Shown here: in pieces, positions 29,873-38,804 of the stretch
Position numbering within the stretch: position 1 is the stretch's first letter
How the letters are laid out: each line of letters begins with the position of its first letter
Source: Bacteroidota bacterium
GTDB lineage: Bacteria; Bacteroidota; Bacteroidia; Flavobacteriales; Flavobacteriaceae
Length of the DNA: 64,000 bases
Direction of reading: 5' to 3'
Assembly (NCBI GenBank): GCA_018267095.1
Contig: JAFDZC010000017.1
Location: 142,431-206,430 of the forward strand
Notes under the pieces: model-generated
Databases searched by the model: none
The model's input: the letters and a program-made list of their open reading frames with translations, nothing else
Told to the model about the DNA's origin: nothing
Made by a program: the position numbers and the translations under genes

Positions 29873-30877
29873 TTATGCCGGCCCACTCGATTTCTTAAGA
29901 TACCTACCCGCCAAAAAAGTGACTATAGGTGCTATAATGCTCCCCACAGCCCATTGTGGATTGCGGTTCATTTCATCCCACACCCGAGCCCAAAAAGCTT
30001 GCTTTAACTTGACATTGATGGCGTATGCTTTTCTGATTTGTTTTTTGTTGGGCTGATGATTTTTGTCTAGTGGGGTCACCATCAAAAGAAGTTGTGCCTG
30101 TCCATGAGCATGGGCTTTAGGAGTAACGCTCCAATTCCATTCAAAAGTTTCTCGACTGTAGTCATTGGTGATGTCATCAAATATTTTCTTTTCGATGCTG
30201 TCGTTTTCTCGAGAATTGTTGAGAATTTGAAACTTTTTGCCCGGATCGAGTAATTCAACTTTTAAGTAATAACCCAAATTGACCTTTTTGCTAATTAAAT
30301 CCGAAAGCTGCAAGGGTTTTTGATTGTTTTCAGCTCTGGATTCGTTGATGCTTTTGAGCAGTTCGTTTTTGATTTCTTGATCGTTAAACAGCGGACTGAG
30401 CATGGCGCGCACCTCAGAGGTAGTCTCTTCGCGCATTTCACGGTCACAAAAAAAGGCGATGTTGCCTATAATGTTTTTGGGATAATTAATTTGAGATTGA
30501 TTTTCAACAACGGTTTTGGTAACGGTTTTGGTTTTGTAAATCACCTTGGGTGAATCAAGATCAGAAGAATAATCCGGCGAGACTCCGCTGGCAGGTTCAA
30601 TTTGGTTGAGAACTTCTTGATATTTTACTTCCCAATTTGCTTTTTCAGCATCTAAACGTTCGTAGCGATCATGTTCTGCGTTTATAGCCTGAACAAACGC
30701 ATCATTGCATTGTTGTACTGAGGCCAAAGCTTGGTCTCGTTGGGTTTGTAAATCTTGGTTTTCTTTGATTAAATCAGCTTTTGACTTATGATTCGCGACG
30801 TTCTTTTTTTTCGAACCGCAACCAATGCTGAGTATCAAAATAAAAATTCCGATAATGATTTTGATTGTTTTGTGCAT
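29873..30877 (-). CDS. Lipoprotein with coiled coil, W.W.V.P domain and C-terminal hydrophobic anchor
   Basis: LSIGC lipobox; heptads; FEWNWSVTP; WAVGSIIAPIVTFLAG. Confidence 0.7.
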   Translation of the reverse strand: MHKTIKIIIGIFILILSIGCGSKKKNVANHKSKADLIKENQDLQTQRDQALASVQQCNDAFVQAINAEHDRYERLDAEKANWEVKYQEVLNQIEPASGVSPDYSSDLDSPKVIYKTKTVTKTVVENQSQINYPKNIIGNIAFFCDREMREETTSEVRAMLSPLFNDQEIKNELLKSINESRAENNQKPLQLSDLISKKVNLGYYLKVELLDPGKKFQILNNSRENDSIEKKIFDDITNDYSRETFEWNWSVTPKAHAHGQAQLLLMVTPLDKNHQPNKKQIRKAYAINVKLKQAFWARVWDEMNRNPQWAVGSIIAPIVTFLAGRYLKKSSGPA

Positions 30878-31010
30878 GGCCGTTTGTTTAGAAGTAGGCA
30901 AACAAATCACCATAACTAAGAAAGAAGCTCAAGTGTTTTGCTTTTTTAATTAATTCAAAATGAACACTTTGAGGCTTATCAATATTACTCAATACCGCAC
31001 AATAACCGAT

Positions 31011-31047
31011 TAGGGTTTTCCCTAATAAGCTTAAGGATTTTTCCCTC
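31011..31047. promoter_or_regulatory. TAGGG-N4-CCCTA-like operator pair upstream of the 11-gene locus
   Basis: TAGGGTTTTCCCTA at 31011 and a weaker copy 21 bp later. Confidence 0.45.
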
Positions 31048-31152
31048 AGAATAAACTGATGTTTTTTTGTTGTTAGGATTAAGGCAAAGCATGAAGCCTT
31101 GAGAGCAATTGATTTTTTGCCCTATTTATTGACCGCTGTCACTTATTGAGTG

Positions 31153-31512
31153 CTAAGAATCTTCTCCGAAGGTGAGTAAATTCATATCGTCGTCTAGAAC
31201 TGAAAACTCCTTCATGCCCCAAGGTTTTACAGATAATGCACCATTGGGATGAATAGCCACATTTCGCGAAGTCCAATAACTGTATAGCGCTTCAATATCT
31301 TGCACCCGAATATATACTTGACCATCGTTTTGCTCGGTAATTAATTCAGGATGAGCAAAAAAGTGCAGTTCTATATGGTCTTTTTTGAGCATCAGATAAT
31401 CAGCATAATCAGCTGAACCAACCACGGTAAAGCCTAAATTTTGGGTATAAAAAGCTATGGTTTTGGCCTTGTTACGCATGGGTAACTTCGGGTGGATATG
31501 GGTAAGTTGCAT
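31153..31512 (-). CDS. VOC/glyoxalase (bleomycin-resistance-like) protein
   Basis: FYTQNLGF, ELHF, KPWGMKEFSVLDDDMNLLTFG; start at MQLTHIHPK. Confidence 0.85.
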   Translation of the reverse strand: MQLTHIHPKLPMRNKAKTIAFYTQNLGFTVVGSADYADYLMLKKDHIELHFFAHPELITEQNDGQVYIRVQDIEALYSYWTSRNVAIHPNGALSVKPWGMKEFSVLDDDMNLLTFGEDS

Positions 31513-31522
31513 AGTTGTTGAA

Positions 31523-32911
31523 TTATTTTCCGATACAAAAATTGGCAAAGATGTTCCCCAATAACTCGTCATTGGTGACTTGTCCGGTGATGAGTCCAAA
31601 GTGATACAAGGCCTCGCGAATGTCAATGGCCATGAGGTCTGAGGACAGATTTGTCTGCAAGCCAAACTTGACTTTTTGGATTTCTTCTAAAGCTTTGATC
31701 AGTGCATCGTAATGCCGCGCATTGGTGACGATGGTTTCATTGTTGCGCAAAGCTCCGGTGTTGACCAAGGCGAGAAGTTGTTGTTTTAAAGCTTCGAGAT
31801 TATCGCCGTTTTTGGCCGAAATAATCAGTGCTTTTTCGATCTGTAATTCAATGGCTTGAATTACCTCAATAGGCATCAAATCACGTTTGTTAAACAGCGG
31901 AATCAGCAATTTTTGCGGGTATTGATTTTTGATTTTTTCGAGTTCTGTTTGCACATTTTTGAGCTGTGCGATTTCAGTAATTTGCGGGCTTAGATACAAA
32001 ACTACTTGGGCTTGCTCGATTTTTTCAAAAGTCTTTTTGATACCGATGCTCTCAACTACATCTTGGGTTTGACGAATTCCGGCGGTATCAATAAATCGAA
32101 AGGCAATACCGTCAATGACCAATTGATCTTCAATGGTGTCACGCGTAGTGCCGGCGATGTCCGATACAATTGCCCGTTCTTCGTTGAGCAAGGCATTGAG
32201 CAAGGTTGATTTGCCTACGTTGGGTTCGCCTACAATAGCTACCGGAATACCATTTTTAATCACATTGCCCACCGCAAACGAGTCAATCAGGCGTTTGAGC
32301 ACCTGTTCAATGCGCTCGATGAGTTGCGTAAAAGCGGTTCGGTCAGCAAATTCGACATCTTCTTCGGCAAAGTCAAGTTCGAGTTCTATGAGCGAGGCAA
32401 AGTTGAGCAGTTCGGTGCGCAATTGGGCAATTTCATTCGAGAAACCGCCACGCATTTGTTGCATGGCAATTTGATGGGCCGCTTCGTTGTCAGAGGCAAT
32501 TAAATCGGCTACGGCTTCGGCCTGAGATAAATCGAGCTTTCCGTTTAAAAATGCGCGAAGGGTAAACTCACCGGCTTCGGCCATACGACAACCTTGGCGC
32601 AGTAACAATTGTATGATTTGTTGTTGGATATACGTTGAGCCGTGGCAAGAAATTTCAATGGTGTCTTCGCCGGTGTATGAATTGGGGCCTTTAAAAACTG
32701 ATACCAAGGCTTGGTCAATGGTTTTTGCACCGTCAGCTATATGGCCTAAATGTAGGGTATGCGACTTTTGTTTTCGGAGGTCTTTGCCTTTTACCGAATT
32801 AAAAACCGGAGCGCAAATATCGATGGCGGCCGCCCCTGAAACCCGAATAACGGCAATAGCGCCTGAACCCGGTGGAGTAGCCAAAGCAACAATAGTATCT
32901 TGATGAATCAT
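31523..32911 (-). CDS. mnmE: tRNA modification GTPase MnmE
   Basis: DTIVALATP, GEPNVGKS, DTAG, IFANFCIGK. Confidence 0.98.
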   Translation of the reverse strand: MIHQDTIVALATPPGSGAIAVIRVSGAAAIDICAPVFNSVKGKDLRKQKSHTLHLGHIADGAKTIDQALVSVFKGPNSYTGEDTIEISCHGSTYIQQQIIQLLLRQGCRMAEAGEFTLRAFLNGKLDLSQAEAVADLIASDNEAAHQIAMQQMRGGFSNEIAQLRTELLNFASLIELELDFAEEDVEFADRTAFTQLIERIEQVLKRLIDSFAVGNVIKNGIPVAIVGEPNVGKSTLLNALLNEERAIVSDIAGTTRDTIEDQLVIDGIAFRFIDTAGIRQTQDVVESIGIKKTFEKIEQAQVVLYLSPQITEIAQLKNVQTELEKIKNQYPQKLLIPLFNKRDLMPIEVIQAIELQIEKALIISAKNGDNLEALKQQLLALVNTGALRNNETIVTNARHYDALIKALEEIQKVKFGLQTNLSSDLMAIDIREALYHFGLITGQVTNDELLGNIFANFCIGK

Positions 32912-33064
32912 ACAGTAATTGTTTGTGGCAAAAATAGTTAAAAAATATGCTTGCAGGCAGACGACTCCCGGTGGCTGTTAAATTTATGTAAAGTGATAAA
33001 AGTCATGATTTTATGCTCGAATTATGGACTAACTTTGAGTATACAACTAAAAAAACAACACTTT

Positions 33065-33895
33065 ATGAAACGCATTTTATTTCCTACCGATTTTTCGCAG
33101 ACATCGCTCAATGCTTTTGTCTACGCACTTAAACTCGCGCACAGTCTCAAAGCCGAGTTGGTCACTTTGCACACCTATGATTATCCGCAACCCGATTATA
33201 TGGGAGCTCCGATTTTTTTGCCCGATGTGTATGAAGTAACCGATTTGGCCGAGTTTGAAAACTACAAAGGGCACGTACCTATGTTGCGCGATATTGCCCA
33301 GCAAAACCGACTTGACGAGGTTCCGGTGAGTCATGTTTTGCAATACGGTGAATTAGTTCCGACCATTGCTGAGATGCATCAAAAAGAGCCTTTTGACTAC
33401 ATTGTGATGGGCACCAAAGGAGCTACGGGTTGGGCCGAGACTTTTTTGGGTTCGGTAACGCGTCGAGTGATTAATGATGCTCCAGTGCCGGTTTTTGCTA
33501 TTCCGGAACAAGCGCATTTTGCTCCGTTGAGAAAATTTTTATTCATAACCGGTTATGAATCTGAGGAAGTTCCGGTCTTTAAAAAAGTTTTGGCTTTGGC
33601 GAATATTTATCACGCTCAGGTGGATTGCTTGTATGTAAAACCCGATCAATCTTCGGCCGATAATATGAAACTACATGAATGGAAAGTAATGTTTGACGAG
33701 CCTTTTGTGCGTTTTCACCGTCTACACAGCCGCGATATTGAAGGCAGCGTTCTTGATTTTATTGAATTGCATCAAATCGATATGTTGGCTATGACCACGC
33801 ACCACCGAAATTTCTTTGAACGTTTGTTTCAGACCAGTTTGTCTGAGAAGTTTGTTTTTCACGCTCAGTTGCCCATGTTTACGGTAACGGTATAA
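33065..33895 (+). CDS. Universal stress protein (tandem USP)
   Basis: ILFPTDFS, IVMGTKGA...FLGSV. Confidence 0.9.
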   Translation: MKRILFPTDFSQTSLNAFVYALKLAHSLKAELVTLHTYDYPQPDYMGAPIFLPDVYEVTDLAEFENYKGHVPMLRDIAQQNRLDEVPVSHVLQYGELVPTIAEMHQKEPFDYIVMGTKGATGWAETFLGSVTRRVINDAPVPVFAIPEQAHFAPLRKFLFITGYESEEVPVFKKVLALANIYHAQVDCLYVKPDQSSADNMKLHEWKVMFDEPFVRFHRLHSRDIEGSVLDFIELHQIDMLAMTTHHRNFFERLFQTSLSEKFVFHAQLPMFTVTV

Positions 33896-33897
33896 TC

Positions 33898-33933
33898 AAA
33901 AAAGCGCCCGATTCTCTGGAGTCGGGCGCTTTT
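33898..33933. terminator. Bidirectional intrinsic terminator
   Basis: AAAAGCGCCCGA...TCGGGCGCTTTT between convergent genes. Confidence 0.75.
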
Positions 33934-33979
33934 GTCTTGAGTAAATAACTCAGACATGAATACCTATTTAGTAGGATAC

Positions 33980-34669
33980 TTATTGTTTTTTAATATCTGC
34001 AGGGTTTACGGCCACTTGTACGCCCGGAAGTTTTACCGGAGCACCCAATTGCGCCAAGAAACTTCCTTGAACTTCACCGGTTTTGTAGGTAGTGAATCCA
34101 ATTCTGTACAAGCCCATAACCAATGATTTAGCAGGGTTTGAAGTATCGCTGGTGATTCTCATCAAAGAGTTGTATTTGCTTCCGGATGGTTGTGCCGGCA
34201 TTTCGCTAGAATCGTCATTGCTTTCGATTTTGGTCCAAGAAGCAGTTTTGGCTTTGGCAGCTACGTCTTCAATTTTCATAATGCCTTCAGCTCTTTCTAG
34301 AGTAATCCAAGTATCAAAGAAGTTTTTAGTATCTGCTGCATTCGCTGCATAATCTTTTGATTGATAATCTTTATCGCCCGGTTTAACGCTGTCAGGTACC
34401 GGAGATATCATACGCACACCAATTTCTGGAGCAGCTACTGGAACCCATACGTAGATGTAATACATTTTTTTTCCGCCTTTGATTTCATCAGGTTGCGCAC
34501 CCGGTTTGATATAGCCAAAATAACTAGTCAAATCAGTATAAGGAACTCTTACTTCTTTGCCCATCAGGGATTTTTTACCTAAATCAGCACCGAACTTGTC
34601 TAATTTTTGAGCAGTCGCGCTCATTCCAAAAGCTAGGCATAACAACCCAGCAAGTACATTTTTTTTCAT
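33980..34669 (-). CDS. LipL32-like protein
   Basis: PYTD..SYFGYIKPG..PD....GKK.YYIYVWVP...EIGVRMISP matches the Leptospira LipL32 pattern. Confidence 0.8.
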   Translation of the reverse strand: MKKNVLAGLLCLAFGMSATAQKLDKFGADLGKKSLMGKEVRVPYTDLTSYFGYIKPGAQPDEIKGGKKMYYIYVWVPVAAPEIGVRMISPVPDSVKPGDKDYQSKDYAANAADTKNFFDTWITLERAEGIMKIEDVAAKAKTASWTKIESNDDSSEMPAQPSGSKYNSLMRITSDTSNPAKSLVMGLYRIGFTTYKTGEVQGSFLAQLGAPVKLPGVQVAVNPADIKKQ

Positions 34670-34822
34670 ATTAATTCGTTTTATTTGTAAAGCTTGAAAT
34701 GTAGTAAAAAAAAGTAAATGTTCTGATTTAAAATGATAAATGCTCCCTTTTGCTGAGTGAATTATATAAAAAAACCGTAACTTAAAAGGGTCACGGTTTT
34801 TATGATAGAATTTTTATAAGTT

Positions 34823-35941
34823 TTAGCTATTGAGCATTACTGGCATTACTAGCATAGTTACGGTTTCGCCTTCATCTAAACCATCTACCGGAGTGAGAAT
34901 TCCGGCTCTGTTAGGTAAAGACATTTCTAGCATAATCATATCTGATTGCAAGTTGGTGAGCATCTCGGTCAAGAATCTTGAGTTGAAACCGATTTGAATA
35001 TCGTCGCCTTGGTAATCACAAGTTAAACGCTCTTCGGCTTTGTTTGAGTAGTCAATATCTTCGGCTGAAATATTGAGTTCAGCTCCGGCAATTTTGAGTC
35101 TGATTTGGTGCGTGGTTTTGTTAGAGAAAATCGCCACACGACGCACTGAACTCAAGAATTGTCCGCGATCAATCAGCAATTTATTCGGGTTTTCTTTCGG
35201 AATCACCGCTTCGTAGTTTGGATATTTTCCATCGATCAAACGACACATCAAAACGTAGTTGTCAAACGAGAAAGTTGCATTTGAATCGTTGTATTCAATT
35301 TTGATTTCGGCATCGGAACTTCCTAAAATACTTTTGAGAATGTTCAATGGTTTTTTAGGCATGATAAAATCGGCTACTTCAGATGATTTTACATCAGTTC
35401 TGGAATATTTTACCAATTTGTGTGCATCCGTGGCCACAAAAATGAGCCCTTCCGGCGAAAACTGAAAGAACACACCCGACATCACCGGACGCAAATCGTC
35501 GTTACCGGCGGCAAAAATAGTTTTGCTGATGGCCGTTGCCAATACATCGGCCGGAACCAAAGTAGTCGAAGGGTTGTCTAAGCTGACTGATTTCGGAAAC
35601 TCTTCGCCCGGCGCATAAGCCAAAGCGTATTTACCCGAGTTAGAACTGATTTCAATGGTACTGTTTTCTTCAACGGTAAAAGTCAATGGTTGCTCCGGGA
35701 AAGTTTTGAGAATTTCCAAAAGCAATTTGGCCGGAACAGCTACACTGCCTTGACTGGTTGAGTCAATTTCGAGTGTGGCTGACATGGTGGTTTCAAGGTC
35801 TGAAGCCGAAACCGTGAGTGTTTTTCCGTCTAGCTCAAATAAGAAGTTATCTAAAATAGGAAGCGTGTTGCTGCTATTGATAACACTACCTAAGACTTGT
35901 AGTTGTTTTAATAAGTACGAACTCGATACAATAAATTTCAT
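34823..35941 (-). CDS. dnaN: DNA polymerase III beta clamp
   Basis: LPILDNFL, VATDAHKL, GKYPNYEAVIP, LVMPV. Confidence 0.98.
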   Translation of the reverse strand: MKFIVSSSYLLKQLQVLGSVINSSNTLPILDNFLFELDGKTLTVSASDLETTMSATLEIDSTSQGSVAVPAKLLLEILKTFPEQPLTFTVEENSTIEISSNSGKYALAYAPGEEFPKSVSLDNPSTTLVPADVLATAISKTIFAAGNDDLRPVMSGVFFQFSPEGLIFVATDAHKLVKYSRTDVKSSEVADFIMPKKPLNILKSILGSSDAEIKIEYNDSNATFSFDNYVLMCRLIDGKYPNYEAVIPKENPNKLLIDRGQFLSSVRRVAIFSNKTTHQIRLKIAGAELNISAEDIDYSNKAEERLTCDYQGDDIQIGFNSRFLTEMLTNLQSDMIMLEMSLPNRAGILTPVDGLDEGETVTMLVMPVMLNS

Positions 35942-36032
35942 TTCCTCTTAAATTTTTTAATGGATGCCTATAAATCATCCGGTGTACAAATATATCTTAA
36001 ACTGCCAAATATCCAAAGGTTTTTTATCAACA

Positions 36033-37712
36033 CTAACGCGCATATTTTCTGCGGCGTAAACGCGTAAATATCAAGGCAAAAACCAACAAAACCAGCAAAG
36101 GCAATCCAACGGTTGTCCATTGAGTCAAGCTGTATTGGGCATAAACTTTTTCAGGATCAAGCAGCGGAAGGTGAACTTCTTTGCTGCGGATGTTGATAAG
36201 TCCGTTGTCGTCGAGCAAATAATTGACGCAGTTCATCAAAAACTCTTTGTTGCCGTAGAGTTTGTTGGTCCATTTGTCATAACCCAATTCCAACGGCTGA
36301 TAATCTTTGTCGAGTTGGTTGCGGATGACATCGCCGTCTGAGATGACAATCATTTTATTTTGAACGCCTTGCGCTTGGAATGTTTTTTCGTCAAAAGGCA
36401 AAACGCGATTTTGATAAACAGAATGAAACGAACCTTCTAAAAGGACAGCTAGCGGAATGTTGCTGGTGCCTTTGAACTCAGCTTGATTTGGACGTTCGGT
36501 AACCATATCGAGTTTAACTTCTACCGGAGTGCCCACCAATTTTGAGTAAGGAGATGATTGCAGTAAAACTGTTTTTTTGAGGTCATTTTTTAAAAGTTCA
36601 ATGCCGTTGGCAAACTCAAATTTAATTCCGTCTAAGTTGCTTACAATCGGGTTTTTAGAAGATGGAAATACCAAAGGCGAATAAAACCAAGGATATTGGG
36701 TATATTGGGTAGCGCTGCCTTTTTCGCCGGTAGCCAATGCAATCGGAGTAGCCATCACATCTTTAACCAGCGTTGGATTGATGCGCACGCCGTATTTAAA
36801 GAATAAATCGTTCAAATTCAAGTCGCGCGGAAAGGCTAGGGTTGAGCCAGCATCATTGTACAAGCTGTCCATTTCCATGTTGACTTGATCGACCAGCCAA
36901 AGTGTTTTACCGCCGTTCATGACAAATTGATCGAGGACTAATTTTTCTTCATCGGTAAATTTTTCAGTTGGTTTGGCAATGACCGCTAAGTCATATTTTT
37001 TAAGGTAAGCCAAACTCTCGTTGGGTTTTTTGGCCACTGAATCTAAAGTAAATGTTCCGATAAAATAGTTCTCACGAACTTGTTTGATAAAATCGGCCAT
37101 GAGCAAATCGTGCAGTTCACCATTTCCTTTGATGACGGCCACTTTTTTACTTTTGACTGTAAGAACTGTATTAAAGGCATTCGCAAAAGCGTATTCTAAA
37201 TGTTGTACCGAACTGACCACTTTTTCGGCAGTGCTGGCGCCCATGATGTTTTTGAGCAGCGGAACTTTGGTGCTTTTGCCTTTGTAGGTAGCAATCGCCC
37301 ACGGAAACACCATTTCTTGCGATTGTTTTCCGCGATCATTGACCGTAACATTCACCGGAGTAAGTCCGCGCTGCAAAAACGATTGGATTAAAGTATCTTT
37401 TTGGGTTTCGTCTTCAAGCGGATTGATGAACTGAAAGGTAATATTGCTGTTGCGCGCTTTGAATTCTTCGAGGATTTGCTGGGTTTCGGTTTGCAGTTTT
37501 TTGAATTCGCCCGGAAACTGACCTTTGAGAAATACATCAATAATGAGTGGTTCTTTGGCTTGTGCAACAATGTTGAGCGAGGTTTCGGACAAGGTGTAGC
37601 GATGATCGCGAGTGAGATCAAATCTGTAAAATAATTTGGAGCCAACCAGGTTAATCGCCATCAAAACGACCAACAAGAACAATATTTTTTTGAGGTTGTT
37701 TTTCTTTTGCAT
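36033..37712 (-). CDS. gldG: Gliding motility ABC transporter component GldG
   Basis: RFDLTRDHRYTLS, LEYAFANA, GGKTLWLVD; follows gldF. Confidence 0.95.
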   Translation of the reverse strand: MQKKNNLKKILFLLVVLMAINLVGSKLFYRFDLTRDHRYTLSETSLNIVAQAKEPLIIDVFLKGQFPGEFKKLQTETQQILEEFKARNSNITFQFINPLEDETQKDTLIQSFLQRGLTPVNVTVNDRGKQSQEMVFPWAIATYKGKSTKVPLLKNIMGASTAEKVVSSVQHLEYAFANAFNTVLTVKSKKVAVIKGNGELHDLLMADFIKQVRENYFIGTFTLDSVAKKPNESLAYLKKYDLAVIAKPTEKFTDEEKLVLDQFVMNGGKTLWLVDQVNMEMDSLYNDAGSTLAFPRDLNLNDLFFKYGVRINPTLVKDVMATPIALATGEKGSATQYTQYPWFYSPLVFPSSKNPIVSNLDGIKFEFANGIELLKNDLKKTVLLQSSPYSKLVGTPVEVKLDMVTERPNQAEFKGTSNIPLAVLLEGSFHSVYQNRVLPFDEKTFQAQGVQNKMIVISDGDVIRNQLDKDYQPLELGYDKWTNKLYGNKEFLMNCVNYLLDDNGLINIRSKEVHLPLLDPEKVYAQYSLTQWTTVGLPLLVLLVFALIFTRLRRRKYAR

Positions 37713-37715
37713 GGC

Positions 37716-38441
37716 TTAGTTTTTAATCGATTTGAGTTGATAAACGGTAAACGATAAAAAAGCAATGCTTAAACTCACGAAGTATAATACATCGCGCGTA
37801 TCAATAACACCGCGTCCCATACTTCTGAAATGATTGTTCATGCCAAGGGCAGAAACGATTCCTTCGGCTGAAGGCAGAAAGGTGGACAATCCGTCAAATG
37901 CGTAATAAAATACAAAACACAAAAACACTGAACTGATAAAAGCGACGATCTGATTTTCGGTCATAGACGAAGTAAAGAGGCCAATAGCAGTATAACCGCC
38001 CATGAGAAATAGCAGTCCGAAGTAAGAACCCAATGTGCTGCCTAAGTCAATATTTCCCTCCGGCATGCCTAATGATGAAATAGTGTATACATAAGTTAAA
38101 GTGGGAAGCATGGCTATGACAATCAAAAGCAGTGAGCCGAAAAATTTTCCGGTTACTATTTGCCACAATGACAAAGGTTTGGTTAACAACAACTCAAGCG
38201 TTCCTTGCTTTTTCTCGTCTGAAAAACTGCGCATGGTAACGGCCGGAATCAAGAAGATCAAAATCCAAGGGGTGATGGTAAAAAATGGCGTCATGTCGGC
38301 AAATCCGCTGTTGAGTATGTTGTACTCGCCCTCGAACACCCATAGAAACAATCCGTTGAGTAGCAAAAAAATGGCAACTACCAAGTATCCTACCGGTGAA
38401 CCAAAAAATGATTTAATTTCTCTGAACAGTATGGCTTTCAT
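37716..38441 (-). CDS. gldF: Gliding motility ABC permease GldF
   Basis: REIKSFFGSP, MRSFSDEKKQGTLELLLTKP. Confidence 0.95.
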   Translation of the reverse strand: MKAILFREIKSFFGSPVGYLVVAIFLLLNGLFLWVFEGEYNILNSGFADMTPFFTITPWILIFLIPAVTMRSFSDEKKQGTLELLLTKPLSLWQIVTGKFFGSLLLIVIAMLPTLTYVYTISSLGMPEGNIDLGSTLGSYFGLLFLMGGYTAIGLFTSSMTENQIVAFISSVFLCFVFYYAFDGLSTFLPSAEGIVSALGMNNHFRSMGRGVIDTRDVLYFVSLSIAFLSFTVYQLKSIKN

Positions 38442-38499
38442 ATTTTTTTGTTGTGGAATTATCCACTAAACTTCTTAATATCTCTACTTTTTTAAACTT

Positions 38500-38796
38500 C
38501 TACTGCAAACTTACTAATTTGTCAACACTCCATGCCTCGGGAGCTGCATTGAACAGTTTTTTGGTAAAACTCCAAACTTCATAAAAAAGTTCCGATTGAC
38601 GATAATTTTCTAAATCTTGTTCAGTTTCCCAATAGCTGTAGGTAAAGAAAACTCCCGGATTATTCTTGTCTTGATAAAGTTCGAGCAAACGGTTGCCCGG
38701 CGAATTCCGGATGTGCTCTTTCATGAGCTCAAAATTCTCCAGAAATGCGGGGATATTTTCAGAGTGAAAACTGAGTTTTACAATGCGTACAAACAT
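38500..38796 (-). CDS. Antibiotic-biosynthesis-monooxygenase-family protein
   Basis: FFTYSYWE...LENYRQSELF. Confidence 0.8.
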   Translation of the reverse strand: MFVRIVKLSFHSENIPAFLENFELMKEHIRNSPGNRLLELYQDKNNPGVFFTYSYWETEQDLENYRQSELFYEVWSFTKKLFNAAPEAWSVDKLVSLQ

Positions 38797-38804
38797 AATT
38801 AATT

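Noticed and set aside
31513-31665. N-terminal extension of the VOC gene overlapping mnmE
   Set aside because: The domain starts at Met 31512; the extension is a chance open frame.
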